Shown here in pieces: positions 22,577 to 34,769 of a stretch of DNA of 64,000 nt. The number at the start of each line of letters is the position of its first letter. Position 1 is the stretch's first letter. The position numbers were made by a program, and so were the translations under genes. Origin of the DNA: Zygnema circumcarinatum SAG 698-1b (taxonomy: Eukaryota; Plantae; Zygnematophyceae); assembly GCA_037447605.1 (NCBI GenBank), contig CM074805.1:2327361-2391360 (forward strand), read 5' to 3'. Under the pieces are notes generated by a model. The model was given only the letters and a program-made list of their open reading frames with translations. It was not told the DNA's origin and did not search any database.

Positions 22577-23072
22577 GGAGACTGCTATTTTCACACTTTT
22601 TTTGTCTAGATATAGACCTTTTTTTGCCCAGCAGATTTTATTTTTGAAAACAAAAGGGTTAAAAACCCGCAAAACCAATTTTATTATCCTTGCAAGCAGT
22701 TCGCGCAACGCACCAGGAGAGGCCAGGGAGAGTTTTGCTCCTCCAACATACTTCTTCGCCTAATCTTATGCAGTGTTCTCCTTCCAACAAAAACTTGAAC
22801 AGCATGAATGGTGAGCCCATGCAGAGCCTGCTGGACAGCTCTAGCGAAGTTCTAACGATTAACACTCAGCCGGTGTTGCGCATGTTGCTGGCAATAATGG
22901 CTTTCATGGTCCGCAGCAATGGCTTCTCCCAGAGATCTAATGCCTCTTGGCAATTTTTGCGGAAGTAAAATGGGGTTTAGGGTTTTTAACCCTTTCTTTT
23001 TCTAAAATAAAATCTGCCCGGCGAAAAAAGGTCTGTATCTAGACAAAAAAAAGTGTGAAAATAGCAGTCTCC
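22577..23072. mobile_element. MITE / non-autonomous DNA transposon, ~92-bp TIRs, 3-bp TSD (ATA), PIF/Harbinger-like
   Basis: GGAGACTGCTATTTTCACACTTTTTTTGTCTAGATATAGACCTTTTTTTGCC...AAGGGTTAAAAACCC (22577-22668) is the near-perfect reverse complement of 22980-23072. ATA at 22574-22576 and 23073-23075. Confidence 0.85.
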
Positions 23073-24284
23073 ATAAAATACCCCACACTTCGATTTGCCA
23101 AATCCCACAGTCGACCATAAGGCGACCCGTACACCGACACGAGGATGCAAGAATGTTTTTCGACTCTTCTGAGACCGAAAATTGGAGTCGACTTTTGACA
23201 TCAGATATCTGCCTTCAGTTAAAACCTGCCAACAAACTTTTTCGTTCTTAAGAAAAGTAGCGAGCTTGTGGAAGATGCGTGAATGGGACAGACGTCGAAA
23301 ACTTGTCTCGCACCATAGTTGTATTCGGCGTCACTAATGCATTCTGAGCCTTCCTCCAGCAGAAATGTCTGACATAGGGAGTTAACAGCCTGTATCGCCA
23401 CTGACCACGAGGATGAAAATCACGCAACAGCATGCAGAGCTCGACGTAGCGATATACTCAATGCAGAGACACAGTGCCAAGGCTTGACAAGATTCGAGTA
23501 TTTGCTGAGCTTTAGAACTGGGCATACAAGAAAGAAACAACATGATTCCATTGAGACGAACGGAACACTTCAACAAAAAATTACCACTTTCATGCGAAGC
23601 ACTACAATGTGGAACGCGATATCAACCGAATGTTGTCTCGCTCCATCCTATCCCCACTGCTGCATGACTCCTATTCTAAGTTGAACTCTGTCGAAGACTT
23701 CCTGTTGCATTTTATGATGCTTGCATTCATCTAGGCCTTCTGAAATGTCCGCATAAAAATGACGTCACGGTTGGCATTCCAGACACAAAACTGAGCGGCA
23801 AATCAGTGTGAGGCCCCCCCTGATGTGGCGTGAAGGTGCTCCAAATTGCCAAGCTCTCGTCTATTCCCACTTTCCCATCGCCCCCCCATCCACTCTCCTC
23901 TTTCTCTCCCTTCTCGCGACCCCTTCCCGTTCTCGCCCCTCTCCTCCGTTTCCCCCCCGCCCCCACTTCAATTTCCCTTTACACCACCGCGGTCACTTGT
24001 CTCGTCACTCTTCACAAAGCCGTGCAAAACCGAAGCACTAGCAGTGTAATTTATTCGCGTTGAACACCGTCGAGAGTGCTTACTTTGACTAGATGAGCGC
24101 TTAGCTTGCAAGCATGATATGTAAGTAGCTTCCATATAATCCCTATCCATCCATCCTCAATTCTCAGCAGCACCCAGAGCAGATTCTGAGAGAAGTTGTA
24201 CCCGAGTCATGGGCATTTGGACTCCACTTCCCATCATTGCAGGAGAGTCCAGGTCACTTGAAGTGCACTTGAAATAGTTTACAA

Positions 24285-27200
24285 CTAGCACCGCTCGAAT
24301 ATCTTGTACAAGTTTTCTAACGAAGCAATCTGCCGCACCAGCCAACCAAAAAAACAGGAAAAGTGGGAAAAGGCCCCATTGTCTAGATGCTGTGGCCGTA
24401 GGAATGACTACATTCAAACCTTTTTTGCTTTTTTAGACATCATGCGCCCCAGCAAACAGATTACTTGCAGGTATGAACAGAAAGGGACATATCAGATGAT
24501 GACATTCAGCGACGTATAGTTCTAGGTGCAAATGCCATTACAACCATCTGATCCGAAGCAGGGCTGACAAAGTCCCTGAAACGAAAGGGAGTGCTGAAAT
24601 CTAAGGACAGCGGCATCGAGAATGAGCAGCGATCAAATGGGCTGAAAGAAAGGTCAGCAGCGTGCTTGCTGCATATGAGTGAGAGAAGCTGGGGCAAGCT
24701 GACCTGCACAACTGTACCATCCGTGGCCATGCGAGAGGGAGGCTTCAGGAAAAACTTCAGAGCAGGGAAGAGCAGATGTTGGATTGTCCATTCCCTTTGA
24801 GCCCAGATCCTTTCTCTCTCTGCAATAGAGTCATCAGCCTCCGTCCCACCATGCGGCTGAGCATCCACTGAAGAACCTTCGCCTCTCTCTGCCTCCTGGC
24901 CCTCCCTCGTTTCATGAGCAGTCTCACCTTCCCCTCCTGCACCGACAACCATTTAAGCAGTATTTTTCAAAGGTTAATAGGCTCAGACATCGGTTCAGTG
25001 TCAGAGGCCATACACAGACAATCAGGGAGATGAGAAGGAAGCAGGCAGCCACTTCACCATGCTTATCGCCGCCCTTCAGTCCCTCCTCTCCCCCCTTGCC
25101 AGCCACCTCCTGCGGGGAAGGACGCTCGAGCAGCAGAGGATGGAGAGCATAGAAGTCAGCGATAGTAGACGCCAAGGAGTCAAAGCATTCCTTTTCGGTG
25201 TCCCAGTCGACCTGTCCACCCAACAAGTTGGCCAAGGGACGAATCATGAAAGTAGCTAATGCCCTTCTAAGACAGCAGCACGGGAGACTCCCACCTCGCG
25301 CTTCACTCCAAAAAAAAACTCTCGAACGAAGTGTTCTCCTGCAGACTTTACTCTCAAAACTGGCTCTTGAGGAGTCTCTGCTCACAGAGAGTCAGCATGC
25401 ACAGAAAAACATGCGGAATGCACGTCAGAAGGCTTAAGATCCATAAAAGAGGCAGATCTGCAGGCCAGATCTGCTCAAAATACAACGTACATCGTTCCCG
25501 AGTGCCAGAATGAAACTTGGGAGACGGTCAAGATCAGGCGTGTAATGGTCGAGCACTAATGGCAGCGTATGCAGCAGCCCATCGCTGTCGATTTCCAGGG
25601 AAAAATACTCTTGCAGCATCTCCGCCTTGCACTTCAACAGCTCCACATTCAACTGCATGCGGAGCCAATCACTCAGATAACCTTGAGCCACCCAGTTCAC
25701 CTCTCCATACAACCACTGTAAGGAACAATAACCTAGCATACTTGCAGATATGTGCGCTTTGGCAACATAGCCACCACCCTCTGCTTGATGAAACCCTACT
25801 GCTCGTTACGGAAAGCCCTACCTTGGCAATTTCTGCCTTATCCCCACTGCCGGATTGCCAGCGGCCTGCCCTCTCCTCGTCCTCGAGGGCCATCAAAAGA
25901 AGCTCTTCAAGGGGCGCCGCGCGGCTCAAGCGCAGAGCAGGACACCGCCCAAAGCGCTTTAGGGCCTGCTGCCGCACAAGCTCCTTGCTGCCCTCTCCAG
26001 GCAAGCAAGGCCCCCCAAATGAGCACTACAGGACCTCGCCATCTATGGGGACATAGACGTTCCTTCTGATGAATTCTATGCAGATTGCGAAGGTGCAAGG
26101 CCTACATTTCATCTCATAATTGGAGGAGTATGCGAGGCGAGCATATACCTAAGAGAAGCGATGTTGAGCAAGTAGAGGCGGGTGGTATGCTGAATCACAG
26201 CCATGACATCATCCGCCATGCCGATGTATGTACAATGCTTAACAATCTCCAGAAGTCCTGCACAGCACACTTCCTCACACTATTTAAAGCTAGCACCAAG
26301 TAGTGGAGGCAGCATGCCCTCCTCGGCCCCGGGTTACTAGAGCACGAACGACTAATTAACGAGTATTTTTCACCTTCACACCCCATTACTGTGCTTGAAA
26401 ATGCTCATTGTGGTTGCAGATACTGCTCCCTGTAACAAGCCCGTGATAAACCTGCGAATCTACCGATGGAGTACAAAAACTCGGATTGCTATAGCCGATC
26501 GGATCCCCCCCTGCAGTTCTTACTGGTCAACGAGAGGAGGAGCACCTGCATGGCAGCTCTGCTCTGCCTCCGCCTGCAGCTCCTGCACGCTCGTCAGCTC
26601 TGCGCTCTCTATAGGATTCCGCCGCTGCCGGACGGCCCTCCTGCCCGCCCGGGGGAGAGGGAGGGGGGGCCCTCGTCAGCTCCCCCACCAGCCAGGAAGG
26701 GAAGGAAGGGCAGAGAGCGGGAAGGGAAGGAGGTAGCAGCGCACCTTGTGGCCGCGAGGTCGGTGGGGGCACCACCGAGGGGAGGCGGAGCCTGGGGCTG
26801 CAGGAAGGCGTGAAGTCGGCCCGCGGGCTGCCACGTGTCGGTACGGACGAGCTTGTGCTCAGGGACCCTCTCAGACTGCGAGCCTGCACGTGCCCCGAAC
26901 CCATCGCCTGCTTCACAAATGGGGTTTTGGGATCGCGGGTTTCCCTGCAAGCTTTGGAAACTCGACTTTCCTTTCAACTTCCTGATCTAGTGTCTGTACC
27001 TGCACCTTCCCCGCACCCTATGCATGTGTTTTCACGCAACGCTTGGAGAATTTCCCTCGGGGTAACATAACGTTCACCTCAATTGGCTGTACCTGTCTGA
27101 CGCTGAGTAGCAGGTTCGTCGTCCTCCCTCATTCTGGCGGTCAATGGCACTGTTGACGCTCCCGGTAGAAGGGTCTGCATCAGAACTCATTCAATGAATC

Positions 27201-30200
27201 AAGATGTGCTGATATTCCTATGGCTCTTTCCCCAATGGGCCCCTTTACAAAATCAAAGTTATCCGTACTAGGAAGGCACTCCTCAGAGCCGGTTCGGACA
27301 AGCTGACCTGTGAGTAGAAAGTTCGTGAGGTGTTGGACTGCAACAAGGTGGATTCCACCGCCTTTTGAATTGCCTCCACAATAACTTCTTGGTTGAGGAA
27401 ACTGACCTGCATCCCATAACGCCTGCATTGATGTCATACGAGAAGTACAAAGGATGTCCTGGCATTCGTGAAGGCATGCAAAGTATGAGGAAAAATACGA
27501 CGAAACATAACCATGAATACCTCTTTTTTTGTGGGATGCACATTGACATCGACGTCTTGGGGAGGCAGCGTGATGGCCATGTACATGAATGCTTTGGAGG
27601 CCTTAGGAAGGGTCGCGGCGTAAACTGCCTCGCAGGCCTTCTTCAGGGCGCTGCACTCCACAAGTCTGTCTGCCCCTCCAGGACATGCCACGTGTCACTC
27701 TTCTATTGGCAATGGAGCATGCGGCTCTTTTGGCAGTACTTCTAGAAGCTTTAAGCATGTTCTGCGACATAAAAGCTCACATACACAGCCGGACAAGAAA
27801 ACAAGGAAGGTTAAGAGAGTAAGGGATCTATACTGTCTCACTTAGTCAACGGCATGAAGTGAAGCATAGGAGAACAACGCTTTAGAACAGACATGCGAAT
27901 GAGCTGGAATCAGAACCTCCTACCCCAAAAAGTTCTAATACCGTCACCATCACTCGCCCATGCTGCAACATCACTTGACCCACCATTGATGAAGAGCACC
28001 ATTGTCGTTTTCTTGGCGCTGTAGTTGGCACTTGAAACATAACCTTCCATGCTGAACTGAGCGTGCCCGGTCTCGCTCCGTTCCACCGTAACTGAGATCA
28101 ATTCTCGCGCAACCATGGGTCCATACACGGCACGAACTGCTTCAACAGGACTGCCACAAGGAACCGTGTGAATGTCCGCCCTGCTGTCTCCGTGCTGCCC
28201 CGACCAGAAGGTGGAATGAAAGTGCTCGGGTCAGAGTGAAGTTCTATAAGAGACTACAAATAATTGGTTTTTCCCAGCATTATTTTTTCTACCTCTACCT
28301 TGCCTTTCATCGGGGATTTCTCATTTCAAGGAAGCTTACAACGTGGCCACATTTAGCAACCTCTAAAGAGGACTACGTAGCAAAGAGCTCCTTTACTTGC
28401 AGTATAGCATCCATTTTCTGCATACAATTTTCCTTGCGAACATCAATTTTGTCCCAGTTTTTCTGTCTTCTCCAACAAGGTTCAACAAATAAGCAAGGAC
28501 GAACCGGCCTCTGCAGTTCAATCGACCACAGGCACCTGGCTTCGCTAAACTCTCAATTGAAGCTATCCGCACATCTGAATTAGTACGACTGTGGCTCGAT
28601 TGAGGCACCCAACCAAACTGGTATCACAGCGGACGAATGGCTGCATGTCCTGCTGTTATCCGAAGTTTTTCATGTGACGAAAAATAAGCCTGACAGAGGG
28701 AGGGAAAGAGCGCACCTTCTTGCAAGAAAAACCAACCGCCGTATTGTGTACAGCAAATCGACTGATCACGTCCAACACGCGGCTGTACTCATCGCTGGGA
28801 CTCTTGAACGCCTTTTTCCGAGCAGGCACACTGTAGAATAGGTTTTCCACCTGCACGCCGGCAATACTTTCAATATGAAATTCATTGAGATCTAAAGATC
28901 CTACAAGTACAACCGTTTCTGCCGTGTCGGCTTTTAATGCACTTCATGCGCTTGTCGAGGAGTCGAGAATACTAACATTGAGGATGAGTGATACAAAGCT
29001 GCGGGAACACCCTGATTACATAAGGAGATCTCTACTAACGAAGCTAGGCTGACCAGTCCCGGATCAACTCGATTCCTCCAAGAAAACGAGAACCTTTCCC
29101 TTGAGAAACAGGAAATGCACCAATCTTCTATGCATACAAATCACTCATTTAAACGTCTTCAAGAGGAGCAAAGTCGTTCAAGGTACCACTCTTCTTATTT
29201 AATTCTCTGGAACAAGTACGTTTGAAAAAAGTCTCGTCTCCCTTCTATCGCTCTTAAACTATTACCACAATGAAGCTGCATAAGTGTGCAAGAGACCACC
29301 GCAGACAACACGTACAGTGATTTGAGTGCCCTTGACAGCTGCACAAGGCCGCGGTTCACCTTCCATCTTCCCCTCCTTATACGTCACCCTGAATCCCAAT
29401 ACCAGCTCTTGATACTCACTAAGCTTCTTCGCGATGGCGGACTGGACAGGGATGTTCAAACCCACGTCGTTGGAATAAGCAATCGTCCTACATCCTTGCT
29501 GGACGCTTGAATTGAGGAAGTGTTAAATTGAGAAGGTACAGGACCCATGGCCAGGTTGCTTCAATTTCTAAAGCTATTGATAATCCATAGCTTTCATTAA
29601 AACGTTTCCGAAAAGTTTCACTCATAGGCAAGGCTGCCAAAGCAAAACGCAATACGCGATTTGCAGAGCGAGAGCTTCATTCAGTCCTACATTAGCTGGG
29701 ACGCCGTCATAAGTATAACATTGCCCAACTTCTGCTCTCAAAGTAACGTACTTTTTCCACCTCCACAGGGGGTTCCTTAAGGCCATACCTGTACCCATGG
29801 GAGGCTCCCGCTGTCATGGTGGTCACGGTAAGGTGCGCAACAAAGCTCATGCTAGCCAGTGCCTCGCCTCTAAATCCCATCGTGGAGATATTTTGCAAGT
29901 CTTCGAAATCCTTCAACTTTGAAGTTGTGTGACGCTCACAAAGTATCGGGAGGTCGTCATGCTGAGATGCCCACCATCCAGGCAAACTTTCCATAACTGG
30001 GAAGCACAGCTGCTCTTATGGAGACAATCGAACACAGCTGTCCAGGCAATACTTTTGAGAATGGTGAAAAGATCACGATAGAGCTGCAGTTGGAAGTTCA
30101 AAAAAAAAAAAAAAAAAAAAACAAAAACAAAAAAAGAAGAAAAAAGGAAACCAAGAAAAAAAAGAGGGAAAGCAAAAGAAACAGTCACCGCTTATCAGTA

Positions 30201-30471
30201 GAAACTCAGCATCCCGAATATGGATGTTGAGGCTTACCCTGATTCCGTGACCATTGTCAGTGATGGAGATAAGCTTGAGGCCGCCATCCTTGAGAGCAAT
30301 TGAGATGGAGGTTGCTCCAGCATCCAAGCTGTTCTCGATGAGCTCCTTCAGCGCAGAGGCGGGCCGCTGAATGACTTCGCCTGCAGCTATCCTGTTCACC
30401 ACAGACTCCTCCAGCCTCCTAATGGCGGGAGGCTCTTGAGTGTTCTCCTGCACCTCCCTTGGACCCGCCAT
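24285..30471 (-). CDS. MLH1: DNA mismatch repair protein MLH1 (multi-exon)
   Basis: [66 protein letters not shown], and terminal LYKIFERC* (the MLH1 FERC motif; stop at 24285-24287). Confidence 0.97.
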
Positions 30472-30663
30472 TGACCCCCGAAAGCCTTTCCTACTTACGA
30501 CAGGCCTCCCCTAAACATATTTTCCAACGAGAGAGAGCGAGGGACGGACCGCCATGACTGCGCCCCTCGCAGAGCTTCTTTTGAGCCACGTGGCAGTGCG
30601 GCCTTGATTCTCATCATACACTTTCTGGCAGTGCTTTCGGCCGACTGTCCACTTGCTGCCGCC

Positions 30664-33600
30664 ATGGCCTCGTGCGCTGCTGCGGCGCTCTGGAATGGAG
30701 AAGCATCCTTCTGCGCAGCTGCCGCAGGGAGAGCGCGGGAGGGAGGCGAAGGGGAGGCTTCCTTGCAGCTGAGGCTGAGCTGGCCTGCAGAGTCCAGCTC
30801 CCTGCACTTCTCTAGCTCAATTGGGGGTTGCAGGGGGCAGAGCAGAAAGCCATGGTCCTGTCGCAGGCAATGGCGGCAAACAGGGAGCCAAGCCTTGAGA
30901 GTGCTAGCTTCACAGGATGCCGACGCAAGTGAGTGTTGTCTGCTCAGAGCATGATGTGTGGGCTTCAACTGAGAGGTCCTTTGCATCCTTGGATAGAGGG
31001 AAAACGAGGCAGTTTTGAAAAAGGAGCTTCAATACCAGAAGCAAGAAAGTTGATGCTGCGAATGCAGCTGTCCGTAACATGTTGAGCTGTAATTGCTGCT
31101 GCTGCACCCCCCCCAGCTTCAATTTATCCGCCCTCTGTATCCGAAAAAAATGTTGTTTATTTCCCTGCTTCGCATACTGTTCAAGGCCGCTAGCATCCCT
31201 TTTGCTATCCTCTGCAAGCTTCAGCGTGGGTAGCAAGGTGCAGCTTTAACCAATTAAGCTATTTGTATACGAGCTTTTTCTGCAATAACTCCACTGCAGT
31301 TTTACCTATTTTGCTACGGTTTGCATGACTACCGCACTTTATCTACATTCACCAGCCGAATTCCTTGAATCTTGGTCGTTGCATTTGCGTTGCCTACGTG
31401 CATTCCACTGGTCATGATAGCTGCATTTCTGCTGGTTCTGTGCTCATCGAAAGCAGCCTGACGTCTTTCAAAGATGCAGAATCTGTTAAAACATTATTCT
31501 GGCTGAAGGTTAATGCCGTAATGGCTATGCCATCATGGTTTCTGTGATTCGTTAATAATTCATTAGTGCTTTGATTTATTCCCCTCTTGCCGGGGGTCAT
31601 TCAAGTGTGGGTTGGTCGCATTTGCCACTAAACCAAGTCATTTGTAGGCTTGAAATTGCTTAAACTTGAAATAATTGTTAATATTGGAAGTGTTTGTTTT
31701 GTTTTGTGATCGTCGCAATTGCAGAAAAACAGATAAAAGTGTTGGTGATTGGAGGCGGCGGTCGGGAACATGCCATTTGTTATGCACTTTCAAGATCACC
31801 TTCTTGTGCGGCAGTGTATTGTGCTCCAGGAAATGCTGGGATTGCTTTATCACAAGACGCTATTTGTCTTTTCGACCTGAATGTGGCTGACAGCAACGCT
31901 GTAATTAACTTTTGCAAGCAGAATGCGGTGGGTCTTGTGGTGGTTGGGCCTGAAGCACCGCTAGTGGCAGGGCTGGTAGATGACCTCACAGAAGAGGGCA
32001 TTCCTGCCTTTGGGCCATCTGCAGAGGCAGCTCAATTGGAGGGGTCAAAATCATTCATGAAGCGCTTGTGCGATAATTACTCCATCCCAACAGCAAAGGT
32101 GCGCCACATGATCCATTGCCAGGAAGGTGTGATGAAGAATGGAGATGAGCGCATGGAGGAAGGAATAGTGGGACGTGGATCTCGCGGGCTTTCACACAGA
32201 AAATAGGAGAGAAAGCGACTAAGAAGTAAGATTGGGAGTTGATGGATACAAAAGTAGAGAAAGTGGAAGGAGGAAGAGCATCGATGACTCATGAGAAGCT
32301 TTCTATGGGCCAGCAGTGGTGTGTTCAAGATAGTGATCTTTCTGAAGTTATTGCTCTGGGATGAAATTTTTGCAGTATAAAGTATTTACGGATCCGACAG
32401 CGGCAAAGGAGTACATCAGACAGCAGGGTGTACCAATCGTAGTGAAGGCGGATGGGTTGGCTGCTGGAAAGGGCGTTGTCGTTGCACACTCACTTGAAGA
32501 AGCGTTAGAAGCTGTAGACTCCATAATGGTGTCTCGTGCTTTTGGATCAGCCGGGGGGCAACTTGTTGTTGAGGAATTCTTGGAAGGTGAAGAGGTATCG
32601 TTTTTTGCACTCGTGGATGGAAAGCATGCCCTGGCCATGGGCTCTGCACAGGACCACAAGGCAGTGGGTGAGGGAGATACTGGTCCAAATACAGGGGGTA
32701 TGGGAGCCTATTCACCAGCGCCGCTATTGACTCGAAGCATGGAGGAAGCCGTCATGAGGACAATCATTGAGCCCACTGTTCGTGGAATGGAAGCCGAGGG
32801 AAGCCGTTTTGTAGGGGTGCTTTATGCTGGCCTCATGGTTGATAAACACACAGGACAACCCAAGCTCTTGGAGTATAATGTACGCTTTGGTGATCCAGAA
32901 TGTCAGGTAAATGCGTCCAGAAACTTCCTTAGCAAATTGCCTGGAAAAATGTTGCATGCCCTCCTTTGTGTGGAATGGATGCCCGAGTTAACCAGCCACA
33001 TCTCTGTGCCATGTATCATGAACGGGTTACATGTTATATTGCTTATTGAGCTTGTATGCCCACTGTATGTGCAACATTGGTCCCATTGTCGATCCCACCT
33101 GCATATATGAAGCATCCTATGCTTGGTTTTTCGCCTGTGAGCAGAATTTCATTTCTCCCACGTATGCCTTCAGGGATTTGAAATGTTTATGGCGTTAGTT
33201 GGAATTGTTGAATATAAAACATGGTGTAACTCGACGACTATGTCCACTTTAGTGACAAGGTTTCTCCCATGCTGATGATTGTAAATCTAATGGATTGGTA
33301 CAAAAGGGATAAGTAACATGAGGAGGTCTAAGCGAGTCATGGTCAGGTTGTCCACAGAGCAGATGACTATTATATATACATGTTGTGGAAGTAAATTTCT
33401 AAGGATCCTGCATTAACAGGCTGAGACATTCTTGCTACGGAGACAGAACTCACCTGGCCTCGCCTTGTGCAGGTTCTCATGATGCGACTGGAGTCAGACT
33501 TGGCGGAGGTCCTTCTAGCAGCATGCGAGGGCCGCCTTCAGGATGTCAAACTCAAGTGGTCTCCCGACGCTGCCCTTGTTGTGGTGCTCGCAGCCGAGGG

Positions 33601-33895
33601 CTACCCGGGGACCTATTCCAAAGGCGCCGTTATTGGGAGGCTCATTGAGGCAGAAGGCAGCCAACCCCAAGTGAAGATATTCCATGCTGGAACGGCGTTT
33701 GACAGCGAGAAAAGAATAGTCTCTGCAGGAGGCCGTGTGCTGGGAGTGACGGCTGTTGGGAGGGATGTGCTTGAGGCCCAGAGCAAAGCGTATGCAGTTG
33801 TGGATGAGATAGAGTGGTCGACGGGATTCTGTAGGAGGGATATCGGGTGGAGGGCTGTAGCCCGCCTCCAGAACAGCCAATCAGCCTTGAGCTAA
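30664..33895 (+). CDS. PUR2: Phosphoribosylamine-glycine ligase (GAR synthetase) with N-terminal organellar transit peptide (exons ~30664-30927, 31724-32098, 32376-32906, 33472-33895)
   Basis: [55 protein letters not shown]...[32 protein letters not shown]. Exon 1 is Ala/Ser/Arg-rich. Confidence 0.96.
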
Positions 33896-34769
33896 CAGGA
33901 GCTTCAACTGTTTTAATTTCAAGAAATTGCCTTTTTGCTGGTTTTTTCTCCACCAAAGTGCTGCAATGTGAGCTTCATGGAAGCGAGCTGAGAGAGAAGT
34001 GGAAGAGGTTGGACGACCACTGGTTGCCGCAGTGAAGGATGGTGCCAAAGGCGTGTGCATGAAAAGATAAGTGCAAAGGTAGGGAATGGACATATTTTCT
34101 ATCACATGAAGAATGCGACTACAGACAGATTATCCTACCACGTCTATTAAAGGCAATTCACTAAGTATTCTACATGAGTTTCAAGCTCGCGAATATCTGC
34201 TACACTATTCAATTAGATGATGATAAGTTCATCGAGAAGACCGTCGTTCCCAACTTTGCCCGGTGGAGTTCGGAGTTAAACTAAACCAAACCACGAGATC
34301 GTCCTCTCACTAAACTTGAGGTGTGACAGCACTCTTATCAAGAGCTACTCCAGACAAGAACAGATAGAACCTCCCTTCCATATATCTACCTCGCCGAGTG
34401 AGCCAACCCCTCGAACATCTGCAGGCTGAGCACACCGCATTCCCGAGCACGGAACTGACATTGACACCTTCTCTTACACAACTTTCTACGGACCTTTATA
34501 AACACAACCGATTTCTTCCCTAAGGAGCCGCGAATCCACGTATCCGGCTTCTTACAGCATGTACGGAGCCCGAGAAAAGCGGACAAAACCAGTTTGACTC
34601 ACCCATCTCCCATGAGAAAAAAGTCACAGCCATTCTCCAGAGTCTTGAATAAACTGCGGCTTGAGAATGGAAAGCGCCTGGAAACAGCCCCGCGGACATT
34701 CAATCGTCAAGTCAACGGCTCTGCCCGTCCTCCCATCAATGTCCAGCCTACATCCGGAAGACCTGCACT

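Noticed and set aside
22972-22986. GGGTTTAGGGTTT as an interstitial telomere
   Set aside because: Fewer than two full repeats and it overlaps the MITE TIR; at most a telo-box.
23219-23401. ORF containing ISDAEYN, reminiscent of the NAD-dependent DNA ligase ISDAEYD motif
   Set aside because: Only 60 aa, no other LigA motifs and no supporting exons; treated as chance.
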